Shown in pieces: positions 1 to 8,033 of a stretch of 32,000 nucleotides of DNA; the first letter of the stretch is position 1, and each line of letters starts with the position of its first letter. The stretch is from assembly GCA_035400625.1 (NCBI GenBank), contig DAOMZT010000003.1, forward strand, positions 60,001 to 92,000, read 5' to 3'. Below the pieces are notes generated by a model. The model did no database searches. It was not told the DNA's origin and saw only the letters and a list, made by a program, of their open reading frames with translations. A program made the position numbers and the translations under genes. The stretch is from an archaeon (GTDB taxonomy: Archaea > Iainarchaeota > Iainarchaeia > Iainarchaeales > CSSED10-239).

Positions 1-724
1 TTCCTCCGCCATGTATATCAAACTTTTCTCCTAAATATTTTGTGCCCATAACAGAACACTCAAGATGCCAACCAGGATAGCCCTCTCCCCAAGGCGATGG
101 CCATTTTAGTATGTGTTCTGGCTTTGCTTTTATCCATAAAGCAAAATCTCCGATATTTTTTTTATTTGGGTCATTTTCAAATCTTGTGTTTTTCTCTAGT
201 TCTTCAAGATTTTTGTTAGCGAATTTTCCATAATCTTTGAATTTAGAAATATCATAATATACATTTCCGTTTACTTCGTATGCAATCCCTGTCTTTAACA
301 TTTTTTTAATCCATTCTTGCATCTCGATAATATGAGCAGAAGCTGTTGGCTCTAGATTTGGCCTTGAAATCTTTAAAGCATCAAAATATTTCCACATTCT
401 ATGCGAATAATTATAGACTAGTTCCATTGGGTGAACTTTTCTTTCGCTAGCCCTTTTCTGTATCTTGTCTTCGCCAGTATCTGATAGGCCATCATCTGTC
501 AGATGTCCAACATCAGTTATGTTTCTAACATAAAGTATGTCATAATCTAGAAAATACCTAAAATAATTTACAAGAATGTCATAATTAATATATGAAAAAG
601 CATGCCCTAAATGAACATCATCATAAATAGTAACACCACACACATATATCTTTAATTGGTTAGGATTAACAGATTTGAAGATTTCTTTTTTCTTAGTTGC
701 GGTATTATATAATTTGATTGCCAT
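1..724 (-). CDS. cysS: cysteinyl-tRNA synthetase, N-terminal part (3' end runs off the window)
   Basis: Reverse-strand translation from the ATG at 722-724 reads MAIKLYNTATKKKEIFKSVNPNQLKIYVCGVTIYDDVHLGH (class I HIGH motif). Near position 1 it reads PGWHLECSVMGTKYLGEKFDIHGGG. Both are hallmark CysRS motifs. The ORF is absent from the ORF track because the window edge truncates it. Confidence 0.85.
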   Translation of the reverse strand, partial: MAIKLYNTATKKKEIFKSVNPNQLKIYVCGVTIYDDVHLGHAFSYINYDILVNYFRYFLDYDILYVRNITDVGHLTDDGLSDTGEDKIQKRASERKVHPMELVYNYSHRMWKYFDALKISRPNLEPTASAHIIEMQEWIKKMLKTGIAYEVNGNVYYDISKFKDYGKFANKNLEELEKNTRFENDPNKKNIGDFALWIKAKPEHILKWPSPWGEGYPGWHLECSVMGTKYLGEKFDIHGGG

Positions 725-777
725 AATATACTTTAAATAATATAGTTATTAAAAATATATCTTAATTAGATATATTT

Positions 778-1791
778 ATGGTTAAAGCAAAAATATGTCT
801 TGGAATAGAAAGCACAGCTCACACCCTTGGAGTTGGAATAATTGACTCTAATGGCAAGATACTAGCAAATTGTAAAAGGCAATTTGTAGCAAAGCCTGGT
901 AGTAATACAGGACTTAAGCCATTTGATGTTTCTGTTCACCATTATGCTTGTGCAGTTGATGTTGTTAAAGAAGCATTATCTGAAGCAAAACTAAAGATGA
1001 AAGATATTGATGTAGTTTCTTTTTCACAAGGCCCTGGCCTAGCACCTTGTCTTTCTGTTTCTGCAACATTAGCAAGAGCATTAGCAGACAAATATAATAA
1101 GCCAATAATTGGTGTTAATCATTGTGTAAGCCATATTGAGATAGGTAAAACAATTTTAAAATGTAAAGATCCTTTGGTGATTTATACATCAGGAGCAAAC
1201 ACTCAAATTATTGCAAAAGATAATGGATATTATAAGGTAATTGGAGAAACTCTTGATATAGGCATTGGTAATCTTTTTGATTCTTTTGCAAGAGACATGG
1301 GTTATGGTTTTCCTGGAGGGCCTGTGCTTGATAAAATATATATGGAAAACAAGGAAAGGAACTATATTGATCTCCCCTATTCAGTAAAAGGAATGGATTT
1401 GGCATTCTCTGGGCTTCAAACAGCTGCAAGAAAAAAGATAGCAACAGAAAAAAAAGAAGATCTTGTTTATTCTTTTATGCATACAGCTTATGCCATGCTA
1501 TTAGAGGTGACAGATAGGGCATTATCTTACACAAAGAAAAAAGAAGTGATAGTGATAGGTGGAGTTGCAGCAAGTTCGGCCTTAAAAGAAATGCTTGAAA
1601 AGCTTTGTAAACAAAACAAAATAAAACTTTATATTCCGCCAAGCATTGTTTGTCTTGATAATGGTCTTTTGATAGCAGATCTTGGAATCAAGCATTTTAT
1701 TCACACCTATAAAGGCAAAGGCGGAATGAAATTACAAGAAACCCTAATCAACCCTAAGTTTAGAACAGACCAAGTAAAGATTGATTGGTGA
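778..1791 (+). CDS. kae1: tRNA N6-adenosine threonylcarbamoyltransferase Kae1 (KEOPS catalytic subunit), stand-alone
   Basis: 337-aa ORF with N-terminal CLGIESTAHTLGVGII, metal-binding NHCVSHIE and C-terminal GGVAASSALKEM, as expected for Kae1/TsaD ASKHA-fold proteins. No Bud32 kinase domain is fused. Confidence 0.9.
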   Translation: MVKAKICLGIESTAHTLGVGIIDSNGKILANCKRQFVAKPGSNTGLKPFDVSVHHYACAVDVVKEALSEAKLKMKDIDVVSFSQGPGLAPCLSVSATLARALADKYNKPIIGVNHCVSHIEIGKTILKCKDPLVIYTSGANTQIIAKDNGYYKVIGETLDIGIGNLFDSFARDMGYGFPGGPVLDKIYMENKERNYIDLPYSVKGMDLAFSGLQTAARKKIATEKKEDLVYSFMHTAYAMLLEVTDRALSYTKKKEVIVIGGVAASSALKEMLEKLCKQNKIKLYIPPSIVCLDNGLLIADLGIKHFIHTYKGKGGMKLQETLINPKFRTDQVKIDW

Positions 1792-1795
1792 AAAT

Positions 1796-2815
1796 ATGGC
1801 AAATAGAGACATAGTTTATAATTTTTTAAAAAGAAGATTCAATGAAAATGAATCTGAATTAAAATATGGTGTATTTCCAGATAAGTATTTTAACCAAGAC
1901 ATAGATTCAGCAAAATCAAAATTATCAAAGATAGGAATAAAAGAACAAGAAGAAATTGTGAGAATTGTTGAAAAATTTAGTGCTAACCAACTATCTGCCG
2001 TTCTTGAAAATATAAGATTTAATTTGGCACACCAAAGAGAATTTAATAGTCTTTTAAGAGATACAAGAGATATACAAAAAGGCAGGTTTCTTAAAAAACC
2101 AAGAGGGAAAGCAAACCCAGAGAAGTGTATTACATCGTATATTGGTTTTATGAGAGCACTAAAGGAAGATACACTATATACTGCAAAATTAAATATTGAT
2201 GGCAAATTAAAAAGAGTGTTTATTAAAACACCTGTTGGTAGTTCTAAATCACAAGATTTAGACTATGGATTTTCAAGACTTGCAATAGACCCCGAAACTC
2301 TTAATATTTATTCTTTTATAAATCAAAAGGATGGTAAAATAAACAAAACAAAAGTAAGAAAAGTTTATTCAAAAATAGATTTAGATCGTGAGGCTTTAGA
2401 ATATCCTAACGATATATTTGTAAATATGGCTAAAGAAAATTATGTAAATTTCAGAAAAGTGCTTTTAAATAAACTTGATGCTGTATATGGCATTGAAAGA
2501 ATAGTTGATACTTATTTAAGAATGGGCGGAAAGATTGACCCAAAGAAATATAAAAACAAAGCATTTAAAGAAGAACTAATAAGGCATCTTGAAGGAAGAT
2601 TTGGGACTAATAAATTGCTTGAATGGGCCTCAAAAATCAAAAATCCAAAAGAAGCAGCAAAATTAAAGCTTGAAATATTAGAAAATCTAGGGAAATATCA
2701 TGGAAAAGAATATAGGGCGCATTATAGTAAGGAATACAATAGTAATCGCAAAAGACTACAAAAACGGAAATTAAGACGAGTTGTGCCAAAAAGAGCTATA
2801 AAACGGCCAATGTAA
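1796..2815 (+). CDS. hypothetical basic protein, translationally coupled to kae1
   Basis: The ORF track gives 1781..2815 from TTG. I prefer the ATG at 1796 because GGTGA lies a few nt upstream, across the kae1 stop. The tail is Lys/Arg-rich (KRLQKRKLRRVVPKRAIKRPM). I recognise no motif. Confidence 0.55.
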   Translation: MANRDIVYNFLKRRFNENESELKYGVFPDKYFNQDIDSAKSKLSKIGIKEQEEIVRIVEKFSANQLSAVLENIRFNLAHQREFNSLLRDTRDIQKGRFLKKPRGKANPEKCITSYIGFMRALKEDTLYTAKLNIDGKLKRVFIKTPVGSSKSQDLDYGFSRLAIDPETLNIYSFINQKDGKINKTKVRKVYSKIDLDREALEYPNDIFVNMAKENYVNFRKVLLNKLDAVYGIERIVDTYLRMGGKIDPKKYKNKAFKEELIRHLEGRFGTNKLLEWASKIKNPKEAAKLKLEILENLGKYHGKEYRAHYSKEYNSNRKRLQKRKLRRVVPKRAIKRPM

Positions 2816-2824
2816 AGAAATCTA

Positions 2825-2840
2825 TTTTTAAACTTATTTG
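2825..2840 (+). promoter_or_regulatory. candidate BRE/TATA element (tttttaaacttatttg)
   Basis: An AT-rich TTAAACTTATTT motif about 55-70 nt upstream of the ATG at 2894. The same motif recurs upstream of the next two genes. GGAGTGA follows at 2881-2887. Confidence 0.3.
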
Positions 2841-2893
2841 TCTTATTTTTATTAAGGAAAAATATATTAAACTTAAAAAAGGAGTGAAAGGTC

Positions 2894-3229
2894 ATGAAAG
2901 CAAAATTTCATATAGTAAAAAAAGTAGCAGATATGGAGCGTCCAAAAAATAATACCAAAATAGAGAAAGATATAGAAGTAGATGTTAATGAGCAATTTGA
3001 GTTAGAGGGTGGCATTTATGTATTTAAATTACTAGCAGCTAGATCAAATGGTGCACAAATAGAATATGATAGACATTACGCAGTTATGAACGAGCATAGA
3101 GGCTATGAATTTAATACAATATTTTATATAGGAGAACCAAAGATTGTTACTTCTATGTGGGGTAAGAACCAAATAACCTACACCATAACATATAATGGTT
3201 TAATTGCCGATTCAGAAGATCAAGAATAG
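2894..3229 (+). CDS. hypothetical protein (111 aa)
   Basis: Clean ORF preceded by GGAGTGA with 6-nt spacing. No recognisable motif. Confidence 0.5.
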   Translation: MKAKFHIVKKVADMERPKNNTKIEKDIEVDVNEQFELEGGIYVFKLLAARSNGAQIEYDRHYAVMNEHRGYEFNTIFYIGEPKIVTSMWGKNQITYTITYNGLIADSEDQE

Positions 3230-3248
3230 AGGATAAAATATTTTCTCT

Positions 3249-3262
3249 ATTAAACTTATTTT
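3249..3262 (+). promoter_or_regulatory. candidate BRE/TATA element (attaaacttatttt)
   Basis: Same TTAAACTTATTT motif, centred about 25 nt upstream of the pth2 ATG at 3279. This spacing would give a leaderless or near-leaderless transcript. Confidence 0.3.
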
Positions 3263-3278
3263 GTATTAAGGAAAAAGA

Positions 3279-3626
3279 ATGTATAAACAAGTTATAATTT
3301 ACAGAAATGATTTAAAACTTGGAAAAGGAAAGATTGCTGGGCAAGTTAGTCATGCAGCAGTCGAAGCCTATATTCTTACTTCTAAAAAAGACCCTAAGGC
3401 TGTTGAAGGCTGGCTAGAAGAAGGGCAGAAGAAAGTTGTCTTAAAGATTGATAGTAAAAAAGAACTTTTAGAGTTGTATCAAAGCATAAAAAACAAATTC
3501 CCTTGTGTTCTGATTAAAGATGCAGCAAAGACACAGCTACCTGCGCCAGACATAACTTGTCTTGGCATAGGGCCAATAAAAGAAACAGAGATTGACCAGT
3601 TTACAAGGAAGTATAAGCTTTTGTAA
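3279..3626 (+). CDS. pth2: peptidyl-tRNA hydrolase, archaeal/eukaryal Pth2 type
   Basis: 115-aa ORF. IYRNDLKLGKGKIAGQVSHAAVEAY and the C-terminal GIGPI region match the Pth2 family in sequence and length. Confidence 0.9.
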   Translation: MYKQVIIYRNDLKLGKGKIAGQVSHAAVEAYILTSKKDPKAVEGWLEEGQKKVVLKIDSKKELLELYQSIKNKFPCVLIKDAAKTQLPAPDITCLGIGPIKETEIDQFTRKYKLL

Positions 3627-3664
3627 CGCACTATTTCTTGGACAGACAATCCCAGACCCAACCG

Positions 3665-3690
3665 ACCGATATATATATATATATATCGGT
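3665..3690. repeat. 26-nt perfect palindrome ACCGAT(AT)7ATCGGT containing an (AT)9 microsatellite, followed by TTTT
   Basis: Positions 3665-3670 (accgat) are complementary to 3685-3690 (atcggt), and the alternating AT core is self-complementary. It lies 39 nt after the pth2 stop and is followed by t3690-t3693. Confidence 0.9.
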
Positions 3691-3703
3691 TTTAACTTAT
3701 TTA
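3690..3703 (+). promoter_or_regulatory. candidate BRE/TATA element (ttttaacttattta)
   Basis: Third copy of the (T)TTAACTTATTT motif, upstream of the ATG at 3746. AGGAG lies at 3731-3735. Confidence 0.3.
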
Positions 3704-3745
3704 CAAAAAATATAATTAAATAACTTAAAAAGGAGATGATTAAAG

Positions 3746-4510
3746 ATGGCAAAAGTAAGAAGGGTAAATGTAAAACCAAAAAATGTAAAACCAAAATCAG
3801 GAATTAGAAACAGAATAGCAAAAGGTGTTGGTACAGCAGCAATCGCAGGGGTAGTAACATTTGGTGCAATGTCAATTAAAAATCCGATAAGAAGGGTACA
3901 TCAAAGCGTTGCTAATGAAAGGGCAATTGAGCAAATTATAAAAACAAAAAAGATTAATGTTAATGCTAAAACGAAATCCAGAAATCCAAACCTGATAAGA
4001 GAAACAGTAAATTCTTATAACAGAAAAGCAAAAACAGGACAAGTTTATTTTTATGATGGTAAAAAAATAAATAGTGTTAATTTTGATCAAACCGGATTAA
4101 AACAAATAAGGCAGATATTGCCAGATGCAGAAAAAGCAAAGATTGATAGTTTAATTGCAAGAAAAGTTGCAAGAGTAGAAGCAACAGCAAAAAGTAATGT
4201 TGTTTTGAGTAAAAAAATAATAGATAGGGTTGGAAAATTAGATTATGCAAAATATTTATTGTCATTAACCCCTAGTGAATTTTCACGAGCATTTTCTGGA
4301 GCAGAAATAAAAGTAGTAAGACAAGCACTTGAAAGAAGCAATCCTCAAATATTTAAAAATATAAAATCACAACAGAATGCGCATACTAGACATAAGGTTA
4401 TTTACTCAATGATATTAGGTTTGTTGTGGGGAGGTATTATTTCTCCAAATATCGCAGAAATAAAAGTAACTAGGAAAAGAAATAAAACCTTAAATTCAAA
4501 TAATACATAA
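3746..4510 (+). CDS. hypothetical membrane protein (254 aa)
   Basis: AGGAG-preceded ORF with a basic N-terminus followed by a hydrophobic segment (GVGTAAIAGVVTFGAM). A second hydrophobic segment lies near the C-terminus (VIYSMILGLLWGGIISP). Confidence 0.55.
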   Translation: MAKVRRVNVKPKNVKPKSGIRNRIAKGVGTAAIAGVVTFGAMSIKNPIRRVHQSVANERAIEQIIKTKKINVNAKTKSRNPNLIRETVNSYNRKAKTGQVYFYDGKKINSVNFDQTGLKQIRQILPDAEKAKIDSLIARKVARVEATAKSNVVLSKKIIDRVGKLDYAKYLLSLTPSEFSRAFSGAEIKVVRQALERSNPQIFKNIKSQQNAHTRHKVIYSMILGLLWGGIISPNIAEIKVTRKRNKTLNSNNT

Positions 4511-4522
4511 AAGCTAAAAAAT

Positions 4523-4666
4523 TTATTTAATATTTAATTTTCTTGCTTTTAGTTCATTTAATGTTTTTATGGCAGATTCATAAAGACATTTGTTCCTTAA
4601 ACTCTTTTCTTTTTTTGCTTCTCTTTCAAGAGAATTGATTATGTCTTCTAGTTCTAGATATGCCAT
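4523..4666 (-). CDS. possible small coiled-coil protein (47 aa)
   Basis: Hand translation gives MAYLELEDIINSLEREAKKEKSLRNKCLYESAIKTLNELKARKLNIK*. GTGAT lies 5 nt upstream of the ATG. It fills the gap downstream of hjc and is too short for the ORF track. Confidence 0.3.
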   Translation of the reverse strand: MAYLELEDIINSLEREAKKEKSLRNKCLYESAIKTLNELKARKLNIK

Positions 4667-4744
4667 TTTTAATCACATTTATAAAATATATTTAACTAAT
4701 ATATATTTATGATAGAAAGAGTATTTAAACCTGTCTAGATGCCC

Positions 4745-5137
4745 CTAAAAATCGCTAATAAACTCTTCAAAGCCCTTTCCTTTAGCCCTTATCTCTTCTT
4801 TTTTGATAGCATAGGCCTTTTTGGTCTTGTTTAGCTTGTCAATACCTATAAAGAACCAAGCATCTTTGCCAAGCCTCCAGGCAATATAGGCCTTTAAGCC
4901 ACTAAGCTTCTCCCAAAGCTTTAATTCCTCTATTTGCTCTTCTCTAATGTTTAGATACTCGCCTTTCTTGGTCTTACATTCTATTGCAATGGCTTTTTTG
5001 TTCTTAAAGCCCAAAACATCAGGTGTTGGAAGCTGAGATGAGCCAGAACCAGCAACTCTTGACACTGCAAAGCCCTTGTTAAATAGCATAAACAACAGTT
5101 CTCTTTCAGCATTTGAGCCTTTTTGTTTGTTTTTCAT
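4745..5137 (-). CDS. hjc: Holliday junction resolvase Hjc
   Basis: 130 aa. GSNAERELLFMLFNKGFAVSRVAGSG ... PDVLGF ... AIAIECK gives the E / D / E-x-K nuclease layout and size typical of archaeal Hjc. Confidence 0.85.
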   Translation of the reverse strand: MKNKQKGSNAERELLFMLFNKGFAVSRVAGSGSSQLPTPDVLGFKNKKAIAIECKTKKGEYLNIREEQIEELKLWEKLSGLKAYIAWRLGKDAWFFIGIDKLNKTKKAYAIKKEEIRAKGKGFEEFISDF

Positions 5138-5289
5138 TATTTTTTCACATTTTTTAAAAGTAGCCTTTATATACTTTTTTATCTAATAATATATATAAAA
5201 ATAACAAAAAATTTATAATTATATTCAAAAATTAAAAGATTAGTTATTAGAAATTAAGAAGATTAACTTTAATAAGGTATTTGAAACAA

Positions 5290-5511
5290 ATGTTTGAAAA
5301 AAACCAGATATTTTCATTGCAAGTTATTTGCAATAGCGACAGGCAAGAAATCCAAAAGATTGATGATAATACTTATAAATTAAAGATAAGAAGCATTGCA
5401 CAGAAAGGCAAGGCAAACAAAGAAATCTTTGAGTTTTTCAAAGATAAGGGATTAAGGATTGAGATAATAAAAGGCGAAAAATCAAACAAAAAACTGCTTA
5501 AAATCCTTTAA
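5290..5511 (+). CDS. DUF167 (YggU-like) family protein
   Basis: AQKGKANKEIFEFF ... IEIIKGEKSNKKLLKI resembles the GKAN ... G-x-x-S-x-x-K core of DUF167. The ORF track starts at TTG 5281; the ATG at 5290 is in frame. Confidence 0.55.
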   Translation: MFEKNQIFSLQVICNSDRQEIQKIDDNTYKLKIRSIAQKGKANKEIFEFFKDKGLRIEIIKGEKSNKKLLKIL

Positions 5512-5548
5512 AAGTGTCTTCTTTTTATAATGTCTAATCTATTTTTGA

Positions 5549-7336
5549 ATGTCAAAACAATTAACAGGAGTGACATTTAAAATGGGAAAAACATATATTG
5601 AGACAATCAAGTACATGATTGTTGCTGATTTTGAAGTAAATGGTCTTGTAGAAAGGCCAGATGTGATTGGTGCGATTTTTGGACAATCTGAAGGTCTTTT
5701 AGGAGCAAACCTGGATATTAAAGAACTACAACAGAATGGAAAGATCGGCAGAATAGAAATAGAATATACTCAAAACCAAAACAAAGTAAGAGGCATACTT
5801 AGACTTCCATGTAGTGTTTCTATGGTTGAAACTGCTATCATTGCAGCATCCATTGAAACTATAGAAAAAGTAGGACCTTGTGATGCTGTCTTTAAAGTTA
5901 AGCAAATTGAAGACACAAGAGGCCTAAAGAGACAACAAATAAAAGAAAGAGCAATTGAGCTATTAGGAAAGCTAATGCAAGAAGAGATACCAGACACAAA
6001 AGAGTTAATGGATGACATAATGGATACTTTTAAAACAAAAGACATAATCTCTTATGGCTCAGAAAAACTAGCAGCAGGCCCAACAGTTGATTCAAGTAAA
6101 GAGTTGATTGTTGTAGAGGGCAGAGCTGATGTTTTAAATCTTCTAAGATATGGCTTTACTAATGTTGTTGCAACAGGTGGGGCAAGAATACCAAAGTCCT
6201 TAGAAGAAATCTCTAGAAATAAAATAGTAACGATTTTCTTAGATGGCGATCATGGTGCAGACATTCAGCAACAGCAATTACTTAAATCAATAAAAGTAGA
6301 TTATATTGCAAGAGCTCCAGATGGTAAAGAAGTTGAAGAGCTAACTCAGAAAGAAATAAATAAAGCATTAAGAAGAAGAATAAAAGCAAATTCTAATTAT
6401 TCCAGTAATAATCAATTTTCAACACAGCAATTTAATCCAAATCTAACAAAACAAGCAGGAATTGTTAAAGCAACAAAGTTTTCTACAACAAACGATCATA
6501 AGCTTGCAAATCCAAAGTTCTTTGAAAACAAACCAAACAAATATTTACAACATCAACAATCTACTAATAGACAAATGAATGATCATAACTCATCAGATGT
6601 TTTTAATCAATTGCTTTCTGAGATACCAGATATTGAAAGAGTAGATGTTTCAAGAGACAGGGATTTTAGAAGAAGCAATGATAGAGATAGAAGTAATTAC
6701 AATAGACAAAAATCATTTAATGATAGAAACCGTTTTGAGAAAAAAGAAAAACAAATTTATAATAAGGTAAAAGAAGAAACTGGGCGATTACAATCAAAGA
6801 CGAAATCTAGTTTGCCAGAAGCAAAACCTTCAATAAAAGAAGAATTGATTCAGCAAGTTTCTGAAGGTATGCAGGTTAAGTTAGATGTGCCACACACAAA
6901 AGGTATGGAAGCGCCAAATAAGCCAATTGATGATGTAAAACCAGAAATTACTAAAAAAGAAGAAATACAAGAGATACCTAAGAAAGAAAAGCCAAAAGAA
7001 GAGCCAAAGAAAAAAGCAATTGTTCTTCCAAAGATTACAGATGATATGAAAGCAAGTCTAAGCAAAATAATTGGAGACATTAAGGACAAAAAAGAAGCAA
7101 GACTTCTAAATGAAAAGTTTAGAAGAATAAGTAGCTGTAGTGCAACAGATCTTGAGAACAAGTTAAGAGAGTTTACTTCTGATAAATTGTTTGCTATAGC
7201 TGTAGATCAAGAACTTAATGACACAATTAAAGACCTAGCAAAAGAAAGAGGAGCAAGTATTCTTGTGGTTAAAAATTCCAATGGCATAAAAGATAGCCAG
7301 ATACATGTTCTAACTTATCAAGAATTAAATAAATAA
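5549..7336 (+). CDS. dnaG: archaeal DnaG-type primase (Toprim) with a long internal low-complexity linker
   Basis: N-domain YMIVADFEVNGLVERPDVIGAIFGQSEGLLG. Toprim ELIVVEGRADVLNLL ... IFLDGDHGAD ... APDGKEVEEL. C-terminal FAIAVDQELNDTIKDLAKERGASILVV. Residues ~281-490 are N/Q/S/R/K/E-rich filler. Confidence 0.85.
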   Translation: MSKQLTGVTFKMGKTYIETIKYMIVADFEVNGLVERPDVIGAIFGQSEGLLGANLDIKELQQNGKIGRIEIEYTQNQNKVRGILRLPCSVSMVETAIIAASIETIEKVGPCDAVFKVKQIEDTRGLKRQQIKERAIELLGKLMQEEIPDTKELMDDIMDTFKTKDIISYGSEKLAAGPTVDSSKELIVVEGRADVLNLLRYGFTNVVATGGARIPKSLEEISRNKIVTIFLDGDHGADIQQQQLLKSIKVDYIARAPDGKEVEELTQKEINKALRRRIKANSNYSSNNQFSTQQFNPNLTKQAGIVKATKFSTTNDHKLANPKFFENKPNKYLQHQQSTNRQMNDHNSSDVFNQLLSEIPDIERVDVSRDRDFRRSNDRDRSNYNRQKSFNDRNRFEKKEKQIYNKVKEETGRLQSKTKSSLPEAKPSIKEELIQQVSEGMQVKLDVPHTKGMEAPNKPIDDVKPEITKKEEIQEIPKKEKPKEEPKKKAIVLPKITDDMKASLSKIIGDIKDKKEARLLNEKFRRISSCSATDLENKLREFTSDKLFAIAVDQELNDTIKDLAKERGASILVVKNSNGIKDSQIHVLTYQELNK

Positions 7337-7348
7337 AAAGAAAGAAAT

Positions 7349-7735
7349 TTATTTTTTCTTTTTTTTCGATGTTTTTTTTGCAACTACTTTTTTAGTTTCT
7401 ATATATGTTCTTGATGAACGAGTATATAGTGTCATTCCTAGTATAAAGAAAGTAACCGACATCAATATCTTCAATAATGATTTAGTATAAACCATCAAAT
7501 ATTGATTTGTGGATAACCTTAATTGATTCTCCCTGATTTTAAAGCCTAGGCCATTAGATGCATTTAATTTACATGATGCTAATGTTTCTTCATTGTAAGA
7601 GTAATTTACACAAGTATCATATTCTACTATGTAGTCAACTTGGTTGAATAAATCTACAATAGAAAATACAAGAAACAATAAAGAAATAGTTGTAATGAAT
7701 GCACCAAGTGTTTTTGTTAAATTAACTTTATTCAT
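7349..7735 (-). CDS. hypothetical membrane protein (128 aa)
   Basis: ORF with two hydrophobic segments (GAFITTISLLFLVFSIV; LLKILMSVTFFILGMTLY) and a KKTSKKKKK tail. Confidence 0.45.
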   Translation of the reverse strand: MNKVNLTKTLGAFITTISLLFLVFSIVDLFNQVDYIVEYDTCVNYSYNEETLASCKLNASNGLGFKIRENQLRLSTNQYLMVYTKSLLKILMSVTFFILGMTLYTRSSRTYIETKKVVAKKTSKKKKK

Positions 7736-7803
7736 AATTTCCCCCTTTTTAAGTAAATATTATATTATATTTATAGTCTTATGTATTTAAATATTTTTTC
7801 ATT

Positions 7804-7821
7804 TTTATAATATATATAAAA
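7804..7821 (+). promoter_or_regulatory. candidate TATA box for the tRNA-Val/tRNA-Leu pair
   Basis: tttataatatatataaaa is centred about 26 nt upstream of the mature tRNA-Val 5' end at 7838. Confidence 0.35.
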
Positions 7822-7837
7822 ATCTAGTTTTTTATAT

Positions 7838-7910
7838 GGATCTGTGGTCTAGTGGTTATGATATCACCCTTACAAGGTGAGGATCGGCGGTCCGAATCCG
7901 CCCAGATCCA
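7838..7910 (+). tRNA. tRNA-Val (anticodon TAC), no encoded CCA
   Basis: Hand-folded cloverleaf. Acceptor GGATCTG/CAGATCC. Anticodon stem TCACC/GGTGA with loop CTTACAA. T stem GGCGG/CCGCC with loop TCCGAAT. Discriminator A, followed by a T-run. Confidence 0.9.
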
Positions 7911-7935
7911 TTTTTTCTTTAAATTGAAGATTGAT

Positions 7936-8017
7936 GCAGAAGTACCCGAGTGGTCAAAGGGGCACGGCTAAGAACCGTGTGCTTAGTGCTTCGCAGGTTC
8001 GAATCCTGTCTTCTGCA
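7936..8017 (+). tRNA. tRNA-Leu (class II, long variable arm); hand-folded anticodon AAG
   Basis: Acceptor GCAGAAG/CTTCTGC. D arm CCC..GGG. Anticodon stem CACGG/CCGTG with 7-nt loop CTAAGAA. 13-nt variable region. T arm GCAGG TTCGAAT CCTGT. Discriminator A. Confidence 0.8.
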
Positions 8018-8033
8018 TATTTTTAAAAAGCAT

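Noticed and set aside
1816-2205. 129-aa minus-strand ORF, plus similar short antisense ORFs in the track (for example 5770-6045, 6850-7161, 11777-12082, 17483-17677, 27437-27728)
   Set aside because: All are fully nested antisense to longer ORFs that have family-level support or better start context. They are treated as non-coding shadows.
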